A stretch of 33,118 nt of DNA. Origin: Patescibacteria group bacterium (GTDB taxonomy: Bacteria; Patescibacteriota; JACMRA01). Position numbers and translations under genes: made by a program. Below, in pieces: positions 1-9,367 of this stretch (the first letter of the stretch is position 1; each line of letters starts with the position of its first letter). The notes beneath the pieces are model-generated. The model worked only from the letters and a program-made list of their open reading frames with translations. It was not told where the DNA came from and ran no database searches. Location: assembly GCA_038256935.1 (NCBI GenBank), contig JBBSJV010000003.1:1-33118 (forward strand). Direction: 5' to 3'.

Positions 1-83
1 AAAGAGAATTGTTTTAGCAATGTCTTTTCTACTAATTGACAGATAGACTAACATTTCACAATCTGGGTATATAATATAATCTA

Positions 84-1139
84 ATGTCAGAAATAAATCT
101 TAAACTAGTTTACAAAATTCTTGCTATATTAGCCGTTATAGCGTTAATGTATTTTTTCAATGGCTTACTTCTTTTTATTTTTGTCGGTATTTTAGGGGCG
201 ACGGCCTTGATGCCAGCTGTCGATTTTATCGAGAAAAAAACTGGTTTTAATAGAGCCTTTATTTCTGCAATAACAGTGTTTATGGTATTATTAACTTTAC
301 TTTTAACCATATTTTTAACCTTTGCTTCAGTAACAAACTCATTTGAATTACTTTGGGAAAATCTTCCAAGTGCGATTGATAATGCGATTAATTTAGTTGA
401 GACTAGGATTGGAAATGATTTTACAGTAAATTGGGATTTTATAACCTGGCAATCTCAAAATTTCACAGCTGAAAATATTTTTAATCAGGTTATAGGTATT
501 ACTTCTCTGATCTTTGGATTTGCAGCAAGCAGCCTGGCCTTTTTATTTTTACTTTTCTACCTTATATTAATGTGGGAAGATGTCACAACTTATGTAGTCT
601 CATTTTTTCCAAGAAAAGAAAAGTATTTATCTCATTTGATCGTTACTCTTCAGCACAAACTAGGAAGCTGGCTTCGAGGACAATTACTAAATATGATAAT
701 TGTTGGAACTGTGACTTTTACTGGATTATATTTTCTGGGCGTACCTAGTGCCTTAGCCCTTGGAATTTTAGCTGGTCTTTTTGAATTAATCCCTTACGTT
801 GGACCTACTTTAGCTGCTATTCCAGCTGTTTTAATTGCTTTTTTAATCGCACCAGAAGTTGCCATCTGGGTTGTCCTTCTCTACGTTATTATCCAACAAA
901 TTGAGAGTTATGTGTTAGTACCTTTTGTTATGAAAGAAGTTGCTCATCTCAACCCAATTGTGACCCTTATTGCAATTATTTTTTGGGCTCAATTACTGGG
1001 TGTCTCAGGTGCTATTTTAGCTATACCCCTTACTTGCGTCATTGCCGTTCTAGTAGAAGAATACAGAACTTATACTCGTAATAAACACAAAACTCAGTTA
1101 CCGAAAAAGGGTTTAAAGAAACAAGTTGTTGAAGTTTAA
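84..1139 (+). CDS. AI-2E family (PerM/TqsA-like) membrane transporter
   Basis: 351 aa, multiple TM segments; family-typical motifs WLRGQL, ELIPYVGP, QQIESYVLVP, LNP, GAILAIPL. Confidence 0.9.
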   Translation: MSEINLKLVYKILAILAVIALMYFFNGLLLFIFVGILGATALMPAVDFIEKKTGFNRAFISAITVFMVLLTLLLTIFLTFASVTNSFELLWENLPSAIDNAINLVETRIGNDFTVNWDFITWQSQNFTAENIFNQVIGITSLIFGFAASSLAFLFLLFYLILMWEDVTTYVVSFFPRKEKYLSHLIVTLQHKLGSWLRGQLLNMIIVGTVTFTGLYFLGVPSALALGILAGLFELIPYVGPTLAAIPAVLIAFLIAPEVAIWVVLLYVIIQQIESYVLVPFVMKEVAHLNPIVTLIAIIFWAQLLGVSGAILAIPLTCVIAVLVEEYRTYTRNKHKTQLPKKGLKKQVVEV

Positions 1140-1142
1140 AAT

Positions 1143-2453
1143 ATGCATGTATTTTTCTCAGGTATCGGTGGTGCTGGGCTTTCAGCTTTAGCTAATCTAA
1201 GCCTTGATCTGGGCTTTATAGTTGGTGGTTCAGATAGAGAAAACAACCCCAGCATTGAAATATTAAATAAAAGAGGGGCTGGAATCACAACTACTCAAAC
1301 TGGTGGTGGATTGAATCTTGTCCACCGCAATCAACATATTGATTTATTTGTCTATACATCAGCACTTCCCAAAGATCATCCAGAATTAATGAAGGCAACT
1401 GAACTAGGAATCAAAACCACCAAGAGAGATGGGCTAATAAATTTTATATTAGATGAATATGATCTAAAGCTTCTTGCAATTTGTGGAAGCAATGGTAAAA
1501 CTACCACTACAGCAATGATGACTTGGCTGTTCAAGCAATTTCAAATACCTGGGTGTCATATCATTGGCAGCAACATGAGCTGGACTCCATCAGGGCAATA
1601 TGAAGAAGGAGCTAAATGGCTAATTTTAGAAGCGGATGAATACGACAGGCATTTTCTAAACTATACTCCTAATGCAGTAATTGTAACCAGTATTGAGTAT
1701 GACCATATGGATATTTATCCTACTGAAAAAGAATATTTTGCAGCCTTTAATGAATTTGTTTCTAGAAGTGATTTGACTGTAGCCTTTGATAAAGACATAG
1801 AAAAAATTGGCCTTAATAAATGGCAAACTGAGGGTGAAGGAGACGCAAAAATTTGGCTATTAAAACGCGAATTTGGTGGAAAGCCTGCTGTATTTAAAGA
1901 CTATACATTACTAGGGCTTCATAATCGCCACAACGCAGCAGCTGCTCACACAATGTTTACTAAAATATTTGATAAAGACGAGCTATCAGCTAAGGTAGAA
2001 GACGTGCTTAACCAATTCCCTGGAACTGGAAGACGTATGGAAAAGCTAGCAGAAAGAATCTACTCTGACTACGCCCACCACCCAGTTGCAGTCAAAGCCA
2101 CAATCCAACTTGCAAAAGAAATCTCTGACAAATTAGTAATTGTATACCAGCCCCACCAAAACAGTAGGCAAGTAGAGGTTTTTGAGGAGTACAAAGATGT
2201 TTTTGAAGGAATTGATAAACTATACTGGACCCCTACTTATTTGAGTAGAGAAAATCCAGATCTAGAAATCATTACACCCTTTCAATTTGTAGCTTCTCTA
2301 AGTAATAAAGAAATAGGTGAACCAGCAGGTCTAGATGATATACTCTGGGACAGACTCAAAGAATGGCACAGTAAAGGTTATACCCTGGTCTTTTTTGGAG
2401 CAGGAAATATTGATGGGTGGTTGAGGAAGATGATTTTACAAGATCCAATTTAA
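1143..2453 (+). CDS. murC: UDP-N-acetylmuramate--L-alanine ligase
   Basis: GIGGAGLS, P-loop GSNGKTTT, EADEYD, DHMD, DYAHHP, YQPH motifs. Confidence 0.9.
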   Translation: MHVFFSGIGGAGLSALANLSLDLGFIVGGSDRENNPSIEILNKRGAGITTTQTGGGLNLVHRNQHIDLFVYTSALPKDHPELMKATELGIKTTKRDGLINFILDEYDLKLLAICGSNGKTTTTAMMTWLFKQFQIPGCHIIGSNMSWTPSGQYEEGAKWLILEADEYDRHFLNYTPNAVIVTSIEYDHMDIYPTEKEYFAAFNEFVSRSDLTVAFDKDIEKIGLNKWQTEGEGDAKIWLLKREFGGKPAVFKDYTLLGLHNRHNAAAAHTMFTKIFDKDELSAKVEDVLNQFPGTGRRMEKLAERIYSDYAHHPVAVKATIQLAKEISDKLVIVYQPHQNSRQVEVFEEYKDVFEGIDKLYWTPTYLSRENPDLEIITPFQFVASLSNKEIGEPAGLDDILWDRLKEWHSKGYTLVFFGAGNIDGWLRKMILQDPI

Positions 2454-2493
2454 ACTGAATAATTTAAAGATATAAATTTTAGCTTAGTTTCAA

Positions 2494-3447
2494 ATGTTTG
2501 GTAAGAAATTACAAATTGTTATATTGATTGCCTCCTTATTTTTTTTCATAGTTTCGAGTATTTTATTTATTTTAAATAAACCTTTTCAACCAGCTCAGTT
2601 GCACCTTGGAATGAAGGAGCAAAAAGACTCTGGATTAGAAATGTCTGAAGATGCCAAGCTAACAAATACACCTACCAAAACCTACCAAGTTGATAATATT
2701 GGCGTAAAATTAGCTCGAGATCTTCGAAGCTACACTGGTATACAAATGGGAATTATATATGGGGATCAGCTAGATGAATTAGGACAAAAAACTCCTTACC
2801 CTGAATCTCCAAAATATACTAACATTACTAAATCTGAAGCAGATAGTTTGGGTTTAGACGTGGAAGGAAAGGGGCGAATTGATTATATTTATAGCGGACC
2901 ATTATATGAAACCAAAAATAGACTAATTTTTGCAAAATACCAAATTGATACACCTATCATTCACTCACAACTAAGTGATTTATTTGCCTTAAAAGATAAT
3001 AATGAAATCGATTTTCAAAGCCAATTAGAAGAAGATCAAAGAGAAATTTTAAAGGGGGATTATACTTCAGTACCTATACAAAAACTATTGACAAAAGGAG
3101 TTGTTCGCCTTCCCTATAGCGTTCTTCCAGGCAATAAGGGAAATTCTTATATTGTTGGGCACAGTAGTAACTATTCTACAGTTAAAAGTGATTACAATTT
3201 TGTCTTTGCCCCCTTTATCAATCAAAAGCCAATCGGAGAAATTTTTACTATTTATGACCATATGGGAAGAAAGCTTAATTTTGAAGTCTTTGAAGCTATT
3301 GAAGTTGTAAGCGAGGATACTAAAACAGCATTTAAAAATTATCCCGATCAGCGTGTGGTGAGTCTTCAAGGGTCTATTTTAGAAGATGTAGATGGAAGGC
3401 TTCAACCAACTAAGCGTTGGATAATTCGAGCAAAACTAATTATCTGA
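2494..3447 (+). CDS. Sortase-like protein with N-terminal TM anchor; Ser in place of the catalytic Cys
   Basis: N-terminal TM; PGNKGNSYIVGHSS (His at 3160-3162); VSLQGS where TLxTC is expected (3361-3375); TKRWII (Arg at 3415-3417). Confidence 0.8.
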   Translation: MFGKKLQIVILIASLFFFIVSSILFILNKPFQPAQLHLGMKEQKDSGLEMSEDAKLTNTPTKTYQVDNIGVKLARDLRSYTGIQMGIIYGDQLDELGQKTPYPESPKYTNITKSEADSLGLDVEGKGRIDYIYSGPLYETKNRLIFAKYQIDTPIIHSQLSDLFALKDNNEIDFQSQLEEDQREILKGDYTSVPIQKLLTKGVVRLPYSVLPGNKGNSYIVGHSSNYSTVKSDYNFVFAPFINQKPIGEIFTIYDHMGRKLNFEVFEAIEVVSEDTKTAFKNYPDQRVVSLQGSILEDVDGRLQPTKRWIIRAKLII

Positions 3448-4176
3448 TCCACCAGTCCTTGGTAATCGAGATGTTCTTGTATTTAGGGTTGGATCGATAA
3501 TAGCAATAGGTGTAGGATCAGCAACTTCATATTGATATATTACTGAAACCTGAGCTGAAGCAAAGGTGTTTACTACGGAGGCAAAATTGGCAGCTAACTC
3601 GCTGTAGTTCAAAATACTATCAGCCAAGACAGGAAACACAATTATTTCTCCAGCTCCAGCTCCTTGAAACAAAGTAAAATCAGCATTACCTGGTAGATAA
3701 CTCTGATTTTGTACTTCTGTTCTACTTTCTTGTGGGTAAGTAGCCCCTGAAGTACCTGCATAGTCAGTGACACCATCATATCCTGAGAACTGCTCTGAGT
3801 TGACTATAGACGGGACAAAACTTAAGAGTTCAGTATTATCAGGACGTTGAAGCCTAACCCTAGCCCCGCGAGTTATGGTTACGTCGATTGGTTGAGCGTC
3901 CAAATTTTCAAGCTGGGCATCAGTAAGGATACTTACAGTTAGTGACAATTGCACGCTTAGAAGTTGACCAAGACTGCTATCAAACTTTTCAAGACTACAT
4001 GAGTTTTCCCATTGTGTTCTTGCATTTGGAATCAGACAAACTTCAGGGTTGGTAGTCAAAACTGCAGATTCAACTGGTACAGAAAGTCCAAAAAAACTAA
4101 TTGTTACTAAGCCAAAAAGAACTGAAAAAATGAGTATCGATTTAAATTTAAAAGTTAAAGGATTGTTATTATACAT
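3436..4176 (-). CDS. Secreted/surface protein resembling the choice-of-anchor E domain, with C-terminal LPRTGG
   Basis: N-terminal signal/TM; TQW..SLEKFDSSLGQLLSV and YDGVTDYAGTSG motifs; Pro/Thr linker, then LPRTGGSDN-stop. Confidence 0.65.
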   Translation of the reverse strand: MYNNNPLTFKFKSILIFSVLFGLVTISFFGLSVPVESAVLTTNPEVCLIPNARTQWENSCSLEKFDSSLGQLLSVQLSLTVSILTDAQLENLDAQPIDVTITRGARVRLQRPDNTELLSFVPSIVNSEQFSGYDGVTDYAGTSGATYPQESRTEVQNQSYLPGNADFTLFQGAGAGEIIVFPVLADSILNYSELAANFASVVNTFASAQVSVIYQYEVADPTPIAIIDPTLNTRTSRLPRTGGSDN

Positions 4177-4329
4177 ACTATTAGTGTCAAAATTTTAATT
4201 AAAAGTATATACTAAAGAAATAACCTATTGTCAACAAAATGTTACAAATTGAGATTGGCTAGAATTTAATCAAGGAAATCTGATAGTAAACAAGCTAATT
4301 TTTAACAAGAAACTTTTAAGTCATAACCC

Positions 4330-4866
4330 CTACACCAACCCATTTTCCACTATAAACTTTTGAATATAATCTCTAAGCTCATCTAAGGTTTTGAAGTCAT
4401 TTTTTATTTCTAAGTCGTACTTGTAATCAAAGACTCCAGTATCCACTTTATTATCAGGTACTTGAACCTGTTTTCTAGAGATAAAAAGTGTTTTAAGACC
4501 TGGTAAATGTTGTTTAAGATACTCTATATTTTCAGGCTCACGAACGTGGATGAAGGCGATATCGTCCTTGCTTTTTGTTACTCTATTAATGGCGTATCTA
4601 TTTGGCCTATTATCTTGAGAGGTGTGGAGCTCTTTTAATTTGACCATGCAATTTCTCCAATAATCACTTTTACTAACACCATCCCAAGGCTCTTTAAGAT
4701 CCAAAAATTGAATTGTCTCAGCAGAAGGTTTTCGAAGCTCAGCTTTTACTTCATCCACAGTTGATACGTTTAATATTTTTTTACCTGATAGCTTGCGTAT
4801 TAGTTTGATACAAGTATCTTTACCAGCTCCCCCAGTCCCGTTGATTGCAAAAATGTGTTTGACCAT
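4330..4866 (-). CDS. P-loop NTPase, phage-type (d)NMP kinase-like
   Basis: NGTGGAGKDT Walker A; STVDEVK, WDG, FIHVREPE, YKYDLEIKND motifs. Confidence 0.7.
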   Translation of the reverse strand: MVKHIFAINGTGGAGKDTCIKLIRKLSGKKILNVSTVDEVKAELRKPSAETIQFLDLKEPWDGVSKSDYWRNCMVKLKELHTSQDNRPNRYAINRVTKSKDDIAFIHVREPENIEYLKQHLPGLKTLFISRKQVQVPDNKVDTGVFDYKYDLEIKNDFKTLDELRDYIQKFIVENGLV

Positions 4867-5002
4867 GATGATAGATTTCTTAAATCAAGATTAGAAACAA
4901 TTGACTGTCAATTATTGTTGATGATTTTGACAAGACAAGGCTAAATTTGGTTTCATTATAATGAAGTGACAGTGAAACTTTTAAATCTAAAATATAATAA
5001 AT

Positions 5003-5875
5003 ATGTCTAAAAAATTTAATAAAAAAAGTACAAGTGAAGAAATAGCTACAAAAGCTAGTGAAATTTTAAATGATGATAGGTTTTCAGAGAAAGCAAAATC
5101 CGTAGCTGGAAGCGCCTTATCTCAGACTAAAAGAAGCGGACAAAAAACTACCTCTGATTATGATTTCTCAAATCTAAAAGCAGTCTTTTTAAATTGTACT
5201 TTGAAAAAAGGAGGAAGTATTTCCAACACTCAAGGGTTGATGGATGTATCAATTAATATAATGAAAAAGCATGGAGTCCAAGTCTCCAATTACCGTATTA
5301 CAGATTTCGATATACCAGCTGGGGTCTATCCTGATATGACTGAACATGGTTTTGAAAAAGACGATTGGGTCGAGATACAAAAAGAAATCATGCAAGCAGA
5401 TATTTTGGTTTTGGGTACTCCTATTTGGCTCGGTGATAAGTCTTCAGTTTGCACCAAAGTCGTTGAAAGACTTTACGGGTATTCACACCTTTTAAACGAT
5501 CAAGGCCAGTATGCATATTATGGTAAAGTTGGAGGTTGTCTGATTACCGGTAACGAAGACGGTGTCAAACACTGCGCTATGAATATACTCTACTCACTAG
5601 GCCATATTGGCTACACTATTGCGCCTCAAGCTGACGCAGGTTGGATTGGAGAATCTGGACCAGGACCCTCTTATTTAGATAAAAATTCAGGAGGACCAGA
5701 AAATGATTTTACCAATCGAAATGTGACTTTTATGACCTGGAATTTGATGCATATGGCTAACAATTTACAAAAAAACGGGATACCTGCTCATGGCAATCAA
5801 TTCTCTGAATGGGAGACAGGCGAGCGCTTTGATTTTAGTAAAGCTGAGTATCAAAACCCAGAGTATCGCAGATAG
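5003..5875 (+). CDS. Flavodoxin family / NAD(P)H-dependent FMN reductase-like protein with N-terminal extension
   Basis: FLNCTLK, ADILVLGTPIWLG, YGKVGGCLITGNEDG, GPGPSY motifs. Confidence 0.85.
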   Translation: MSKKFNKKSTSEEIATKASEILNDDRFSEKAKSVAGSALSQTKRSGQKTTSDYDFSNLKAVFLNCTLKKGGSISNTQGLMDVSINIMKKHGVQVSNYRITDFDIPAGVYPDMTEHGFEKDDWVEIQKEIMQADILVLGTPIWLGDKSSVCTKVVERLYGYSHLLNDQGQYAYYGKVGGCLITGNEDGVKHCAMNILYSLGHIGYTIAPQADAGWIGESGPGPSYLDKNSGGPENDFTNRNVTFMTWNLMHMANNLQKNGIPAHGNQFSEWETGERFDFSKAEYQNPEYRR

Positions 5876-5902
5876 AGAACAATTTCACTAAATTACAATT
5901 TT

Positions 5903-6101
5903 GTAGGGGTAAGCCATGGCTTCCCATATCTTTATATTTTAATCCAGCCACCTCAGGGGATCCCGCAACTAGTGCGGGATGACACAATTCTAAGAGTTTA
6001 GATTCAAAACACCGTATGGGTGAGCCTTGGCTTCCAATGTCTCTTTATTTTAACCCTACCACCGCAGGTATCAACCGCCACTTCACTCTGTCGAGATGAC
6101 A
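5903..6101. repeat. Two degenerate tandem REP-like units (period 111 bp)
   Basis: gtaggggtaagccatggcttccc...gatgaca (5903-5984) and gtatgggtgagccttggcttcca...gatgaca (6014-6101); unit 1 contains hairpin atcccgca-actag-tgcgggat. Confidence 0.7.
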
Positions 6102-6180
6102 ATTTTTTTTGTATTAATTTGTTTTATAATGAAACCTTTCCCAACTTTACAAAACAGGCCTTTTCTGCAATTACCATACT

Positions 6181-6966
6181 ATGAAGCCATTACTAAAAGC
6201 AACAAGCATCACCAAAAGCTTTGATGTTTATAAAAGAGAAGGGTTTTTCAAACGCTCCAAAAAAACTGTGCAGGCCCTTACTGATTTTACTTTGGAGATA
6301 GACAAACCTATGATTTATGGACTTGTCGGGCCAAATGGTGCTGGTAAAACCACCTTTATTAAGCACTGCCTTGGCTTAGTTGAAAAGACTTCTGGGCAGA
6401 TCGAAGTCCTAAGCCACGACCCATACAAACGCAAGCCAGATTTTCTTCGCCAAGTTGGCCTAGTGAGCGGGCAAAAGTAAAACCTAGACGCCAATTTATC
6501 AGCTATGGATTCACTCAAATTATCAGGCTATCTCTATGACATGAAAGGAAACGAAATCATGGAAAGAATTGATTATTTAAGCAATTTATTTGAAATCACT
6601 GATAAAATTGATGTACCAGTCAGGCAGTTGTCCCTTGGGCAAAGGATGAAGTTTGAAATCATCTCTAGTATCTTACACCAGCCTAAATTTTTGTTTATGG
6701 ACGAGCCAACTCTGGGTCTTGATTTTGATGCTCAGAACATCATGAGAACCATGCTCAAAAAGATCCACGCAGAAGACGGACTTACAATCCTGCTGACTTC
6801 ACATTACATGCCCGATATTACAGAGCTTTGCGAGCGTGTTGCAGTTATTGATAAGGGTACAAAGGTATTTGATGGAAGCTTGAAGGAATTAACAGGGTCA
6901 GAACAAAAAGATGGGTATCTCAAAACTCTTGTTTCAGAGCTAAATAAAGAACAATCATGGGGGTAA
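6181..6966 (+). pseudogene. ABC transporter ATP-binding protein interrupted by an in-frame TAA
   Basis: Walker A GPNGAGKTT before TAA 6478-6480; the same frame continues NLDANLSAMDSL with signature LSLGQ, Walker B FMDEP and TSHY. Confidence 0.85.
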
Positions 6967-7124
6967 AAAAAGTACCTCAAAAACTCAAAGGGTTTAAACA
7001 AAACCTGCCCACAAAAATCTGCAAAACCTGTGGCAAGCCATTTCAATACCGTAAAAAATGGAAACTAGTCTGGGATCAAATACAGTATTGCAGCCAGAAA
7101 TGTAAGAACCAAAAAGGCAAGTAA
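6957..7124 (+). CDS. DUF2256-like small Cys-rich (zinc-finger-like) protein, 55 aa, not in ORF track
   Basis: MGVKKVPQKLKGFKQNLPTKICKTCGKPFQYRKKWKLVWDQIQYCSQKCKNQKGK; LPxKxCxxCxxPFxxRKKW...YCSxxC pattern; overlaps the upstream stop and ends 3 nt before the next ATG. Confidence 0.85.
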   Translation: MGVKKVPQKLKGFKQNLPTKICKTCGKPFQYRKKWKLVWDQIQYCSQKCKNQKGK

Positions 7125-7127
7125 TTT

Positions 7128-7916
7128 ATGCAAAATTTAAAGCAAATAACCAGAAAATACAGCTATATAACTCAATTTGAATGGATGCGAAGTGGAGCTT
7201 CTCCTTTTGGAGATGTCGTTTATCAGTTTCAGATATTTTTATCTAATAGTGTTTGGATTTATATTTGGTCACTTAACTCTAATCAAATTGTAATTTATTT
7301 ATTAGGTGGAAGATTAATTTCCTTTATGAGCAATAATTTTTGGCACAATAAAATGGGAAACGACATCATTACAGGTAAACTATCTAATAATCTATTAATA
7401 CCTACCAGATTGTATCTAAATTATTTTTTCCAAAGTCTTGGAGGTAGGCTTTTTCGCAATTTACTAAGTACTTTTACAATATTAATTGTAGTAGTATTAT
7501 TCAATTTTACCATAATTACATTGCCATTTGGTGATCTTAATTACTGGGGATTCGCTATGGTTCCTTTCATTTTTGTCATGAATTTTATACACGGCACAAT
7601 AATTACCACCCTATCATTCACGCTAAAAGATAAAAGAGACTATATGGTAATAGCTGAATCCATAACTCAAATAATCAATATCTTATCAGGTGCGATGATC
7701 CCTTTTTCCTCCCTACCCTTTGCCTCAAATATTTTACCGTGGCTGCCAACTTCACTTCTATTTTACCATCCCACCCAGATATTACTAAATAATTACGACT
7801 CAACTCAAACCCTATTAGTATTTGTTGCCAGCATATCTTGGATAATAATTGCAACTTTATTTAGCTTGTTGATCTTTAAAAGGGGTTTGAAAAGTAATGA
7901 AAGTGTGGGGCTTTAA
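7128..7916 (+). CDS. ABC-2 family transporter permease
   Basis: ~6 TM; I.TGKLS..LL.P, LSGAMIPF, YHPTQI, C-terminal GLKSNESVGL. Confidence 0.85.
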   Translation: MQNLKQITRKYSYITQFEWMRSGASPFGDVVYQFQIFLSNSVWIYIWSLNSNQIVIYLLGGRLISFMSNNFWHNKMGNDIITGKLSNNLLIPTRLYLNYFFQSLGGRLFRNLLSTFTILIVVVLFNFTIITLPFGDLNYWGFAMVPFIFVMNFIHGTIITTLSFTLKDKRDYMVIAESITQIINILSGAMIPFSSLPFASNILPWLPTSLLFYHPTQILLNNYDSTQTLLVFVASISWIIIATLFSLLIFKRGLKSNESVGL

Positions 7917-7939
7917 AACATATATTATTATTGTATCAA

Positions 7940-8472
7940 ATGACTTCAACCACAACCAAAATTAAAAAATACTCTTTTTACAGATGGTATAGCCTATCCG
8001 CAATTTTTACCCTTCCTATTTTTTTTCTAACTTGGCCATTTTTAATATACCTTTCATATGCAATCCTTGTTTTTAATTATCAATTGTTTTTTGTAGGGAG
8101 TAACCACCATTACTAGAATATTTAATGGGTCCTTTAATGCTCCTTGCAATGCCATTTTTTATCAGATACATTAAAATTGGTACAGTTCATTTTTTAATTG
8201 CTTTTAGTTTGAGAAATGGACAAACTTTTTTAGAGTTTGACTCTAGTTTTATACGTTATAAAACTATTAATTCTGGCTATATAGCGATTAAGAGAGATGA
8301 AATTTTTGAGATGAAAAGGTTGTCTTGGGGTGGTGGCTATAGAAGTTTTGAAACTATTTTTGTAAAAACTAAAGATTTCAAAGTTATTATTCCGCTACAA
8401 GGATTAAACTCTGAGGAAATAGATATAATTTATGATTTAAGAGATAATTTTGCAGATAAATTTAAAAATTAG
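7940..8472 (+). pseudogene. Frameshifted membrane protein (2 TM plus soluble beta-rich C-terminal domain)
   Basis: ORFs 7931-8116 and 8125-8472 are in different frames; adding 1 nt near 8104 gives a continuous VGSN-PPLLEYLMGPL. Confidence 0.55.
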
Positions 8473-8477
8473 CTCTT

Positions 8478-9302
8478 ATGACTTACACAACAACAAGATT
8501 AGAAACCATCCTTGGAAAATACTACAAATACTGGTATCTAATCTTATTCAGATTTAAAGGCCGGACTGTTTCTGTTTTTGATAATGTTCAATTTGTAATC
8601 GGCCAGATCTTGGTTCTACTGAGCTCATTAACAGTTTGGTGGCTTGCTAATAACAAAGTTATCGATGCTAGTTTACAGGAAAAATGGACTTATTTTGTGC
8701 TTGGTGAATTGTTCTTTAATATCATCTTTACCTTCTCTGAATATGGAGGGTATCAAATCCTAAGAGGGGATTTTACAGGGAAACTATTGCATCCCGTTAA
8801 TTTTATCAGAACTCAATTTTTCTTCTGGTACGGTGAATCTACTCTGCAAAATTTAGTCAAAGGTTTAGTTTTGTTAGCCATTTTAGCCGTAATGATAGCT
8901 GCGGGTCAGATTACTTTCTTTGAACCATTGTATTTTTTGCTATACCTGGGCCTTATTCCATTTGGAGTGTTAATTCTCTACTTAGCTGGAATGATGGTAG
9001 CTTTTAGTGCATTTTTCTTGAGACAAATCAACGGAGTGACTAATAATTACCTATTTGTAATCACCATAGCTATGGGTAGAACTTTCCCCTTAGACCTTCT
9101 AATCCCAAACCTGTATGTACATTTTCTAAACCCATTTGCCTATCTTTTCTACCACCCAATGCAAATTTATCTTGGTAATTACTCGAATATACTGACTGGC
9201 CTAACTTATCTTGGAGGGTTAGTTTGGACAATAGTATTCAACTTTTTAGCTGAGTATGTGTTGAAGTTGGGTTTGAAAAAGAATGAAAGTGTGGGATTGT
9301 AA
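8478..9302 (+). CDS. ABC-2 family transporter permease
   Basis: ILRGDFTGKLLHP, GRTFPLDL, NPFAYLFYHPMQIYLG, C-terminal GLKKNESVGL. Confidence 0.85.
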   Translation: MTYTTTRLETILGKYYKYWYLILFRFKGRTVSVFDNVQFVIGQILVLLSSLTVWWLANNKVIDASLQEKWTYFVLGELFFNIIFTFSEYGGYQILRGDFTGKLLHPVNFIRTQFFFWYGESTLQNLVKGLVLLAILAVMIAAGQITFFEPLYFLLYLGLIPFGVLILYLAGMMVAFSAFFLRQINGVTNNYLFVITIAMGRTFPLDLLIPNLYVHFLNPFAYLFYHPMQIYLGNYSNILTGLTYLGGLVWTIVFNFLAEYVLKLGLKKNESVGL

Positions 9303-9329
9303 CAATATAAGTCAATTTAATATTTACCT

Positions 9330-9358
9330 TTGACAATTTAGCTTTAGTAAAATATAAT
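9330..9358 (+). promoter_or_regulatory. Sigma70 promoter of the TA operon
   Basis: Perfect TTGACA-17 nt-TATAAT, 9 nt before the ATG; tacctttRa direct repeats at 9325 and 9358 may be operators. Confidence 0.85.
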
Positions 9359-9367
9359 ACCTTTAAT

